The notes below the pieces were generated by a model. The model worked only from the letters and a program-made list of their open reading frames with translations, did not search any database and was not told the DNA's origin. Below are positions 63,330-64,000 of a stretch of DNA of 64,000 bases, piece by piece; the first letter of the stretch is position 1, and each line of letters opens with the position of its first letter. Origin of the DNA: Dendrobates tinctorius (lineage: Eukaryota); contig NW_027361687.1 in assembly GCF_039654945.1 (NCBI RefSeq), positions 5,518,001 through 5,582,000 on the forward strand, given 5' to 3'. A program made the translations under genes and the position numbers.

Positions 63330-64000
63330 ATGAGGAAGGCTGGTGGAAGAGGTCGTGGAATTGGGCGGGGGTTGGCAGCTGGTAATGATGGTGTTGGTGG
63401 TGGATCTGATGGTAGTGGCAAGAGCAAAATAGGACCGAATGCAGGAGGTGCTGACCCTGCGTCATTGTCTGGCTACATAAGGCCTCGAACGCTTAGTTTT
63501 CTAGGAGTTGGCAAACCGCTTTTAAAGCCAGAGCATCAGGAAAAAGTTTTGTCTTACATTGCTGACTCAGCCTCCAGCTCTATCGCCTCCTCTTCTTCAG
63601 TTGTAAAAAGTAAAAGCACTGAGTCGTCATTGGAGGCTCATGTTCATGAACCACACCATTCCTTGTGTCCTTCACCCCAACCAAGATTGAAGGATGACGC
63701 AGGCCATACTACTGATTACTCCATGGAGCTGTTTTCACATACCATGCCTGGATTATCAAGTGAAATGGTGAATTACCCAGGCCAAGATGAATCTGACATG
63801 GAGTGCACTGATGCACAGCCGCTGATGGATGATTCTGCTGGTACATTCACTCAGAGCACTACATTGTTCTCGCAGTGTACAGAGCCAGATTCTGACCCTG
63901 ATGAGACTCAGGTGCCCCTTTCCGCACACTATACCACCATACACGGTGACACAGAGGAAGGTGCACATGACATAGAAGAGGAGGTGATGGATGACCCAGT
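63330..64000 (+). CDS. hAT transposase, N-terminal ~223 codons, open to the window edge
   Basis: Manual translation MRKAGGRGRG...GKPLLKPEHQEKVLSYIADSASSSIASS...EPDSDPDETQVPL has no stop and is clearly homologous to 35161-35830; absent from the ORF track, presumably because no stop is reached. Confidence 0.85.
   Translation, partial: MRKAGGRGRGIGRGLAAGNDGVGGGSDGSGKSKIGPNAGGADPASLSGYIRPRTLSFLGVGKPLLKPEHQEKVLSYIADSASSSIASSSSVVKSKSTESSLEAHVHEPHHSLCPSPQPRLKDDAGHTTDYSMELFSHTMPGLSSEMVNYPGQDESDMECTDAQPLMDDSAGTFTQSTTLFSQCTEPDSDPDETQVPLSAHYTTIHGDTEEGAHDIEEEVMDDP

Larger units (their letters stand above)
59725..64000 (+). mobile_element. hAT transposon related to 29953-38998, 5' part; runs off the window
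   Basis: Terminus TATAGTTGAGCG; subterminal AAAGTCGGGTTTCA and promoter-like block TATAAAA...CGCCGACC.CCAT.TTACTTCTGCC.ATCTTA shared with 29953-30300; transposase N-terminus. Confidence 0.88.

Overview
Eukaryotic, repeat-saturated DNA, most likely intronic or intergenic sequence from an anuran (frog) genome; the taxon is inferred from the transposable-element repertoire. No host protein-coding gene could be identified. The window is a mosaic of nested mobile elements: three copies of a hAT-type non-autonomous element (two carry a ~2.5-kb palindrome), two related transposase-encoding hAT elements with internal 129-bp tandem arrays, two PIF/Harbinger elements (one with an in-frame five-exon MADF gene), an internally deleted DIRS/Ngaro retrotransposon, a CR1 LINE interrupted by a piggyBac derivative, a nearly full-length Tx1/L1-clade LINE, Tc1 relics, several solo LTRs, MITEs and minisatellites. 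The most striking structure is at 44588-53111: a ~300-bp retrozyme/Penelope-like unit with a 13-bp TSD and a type I hammerhead ribozyme. Its catalytic core is split in helix II by the ~8.2-kb Tx1 retrotransposon, inserted in the same orientation. All coordinates were read by eye and may be off by a few bases.
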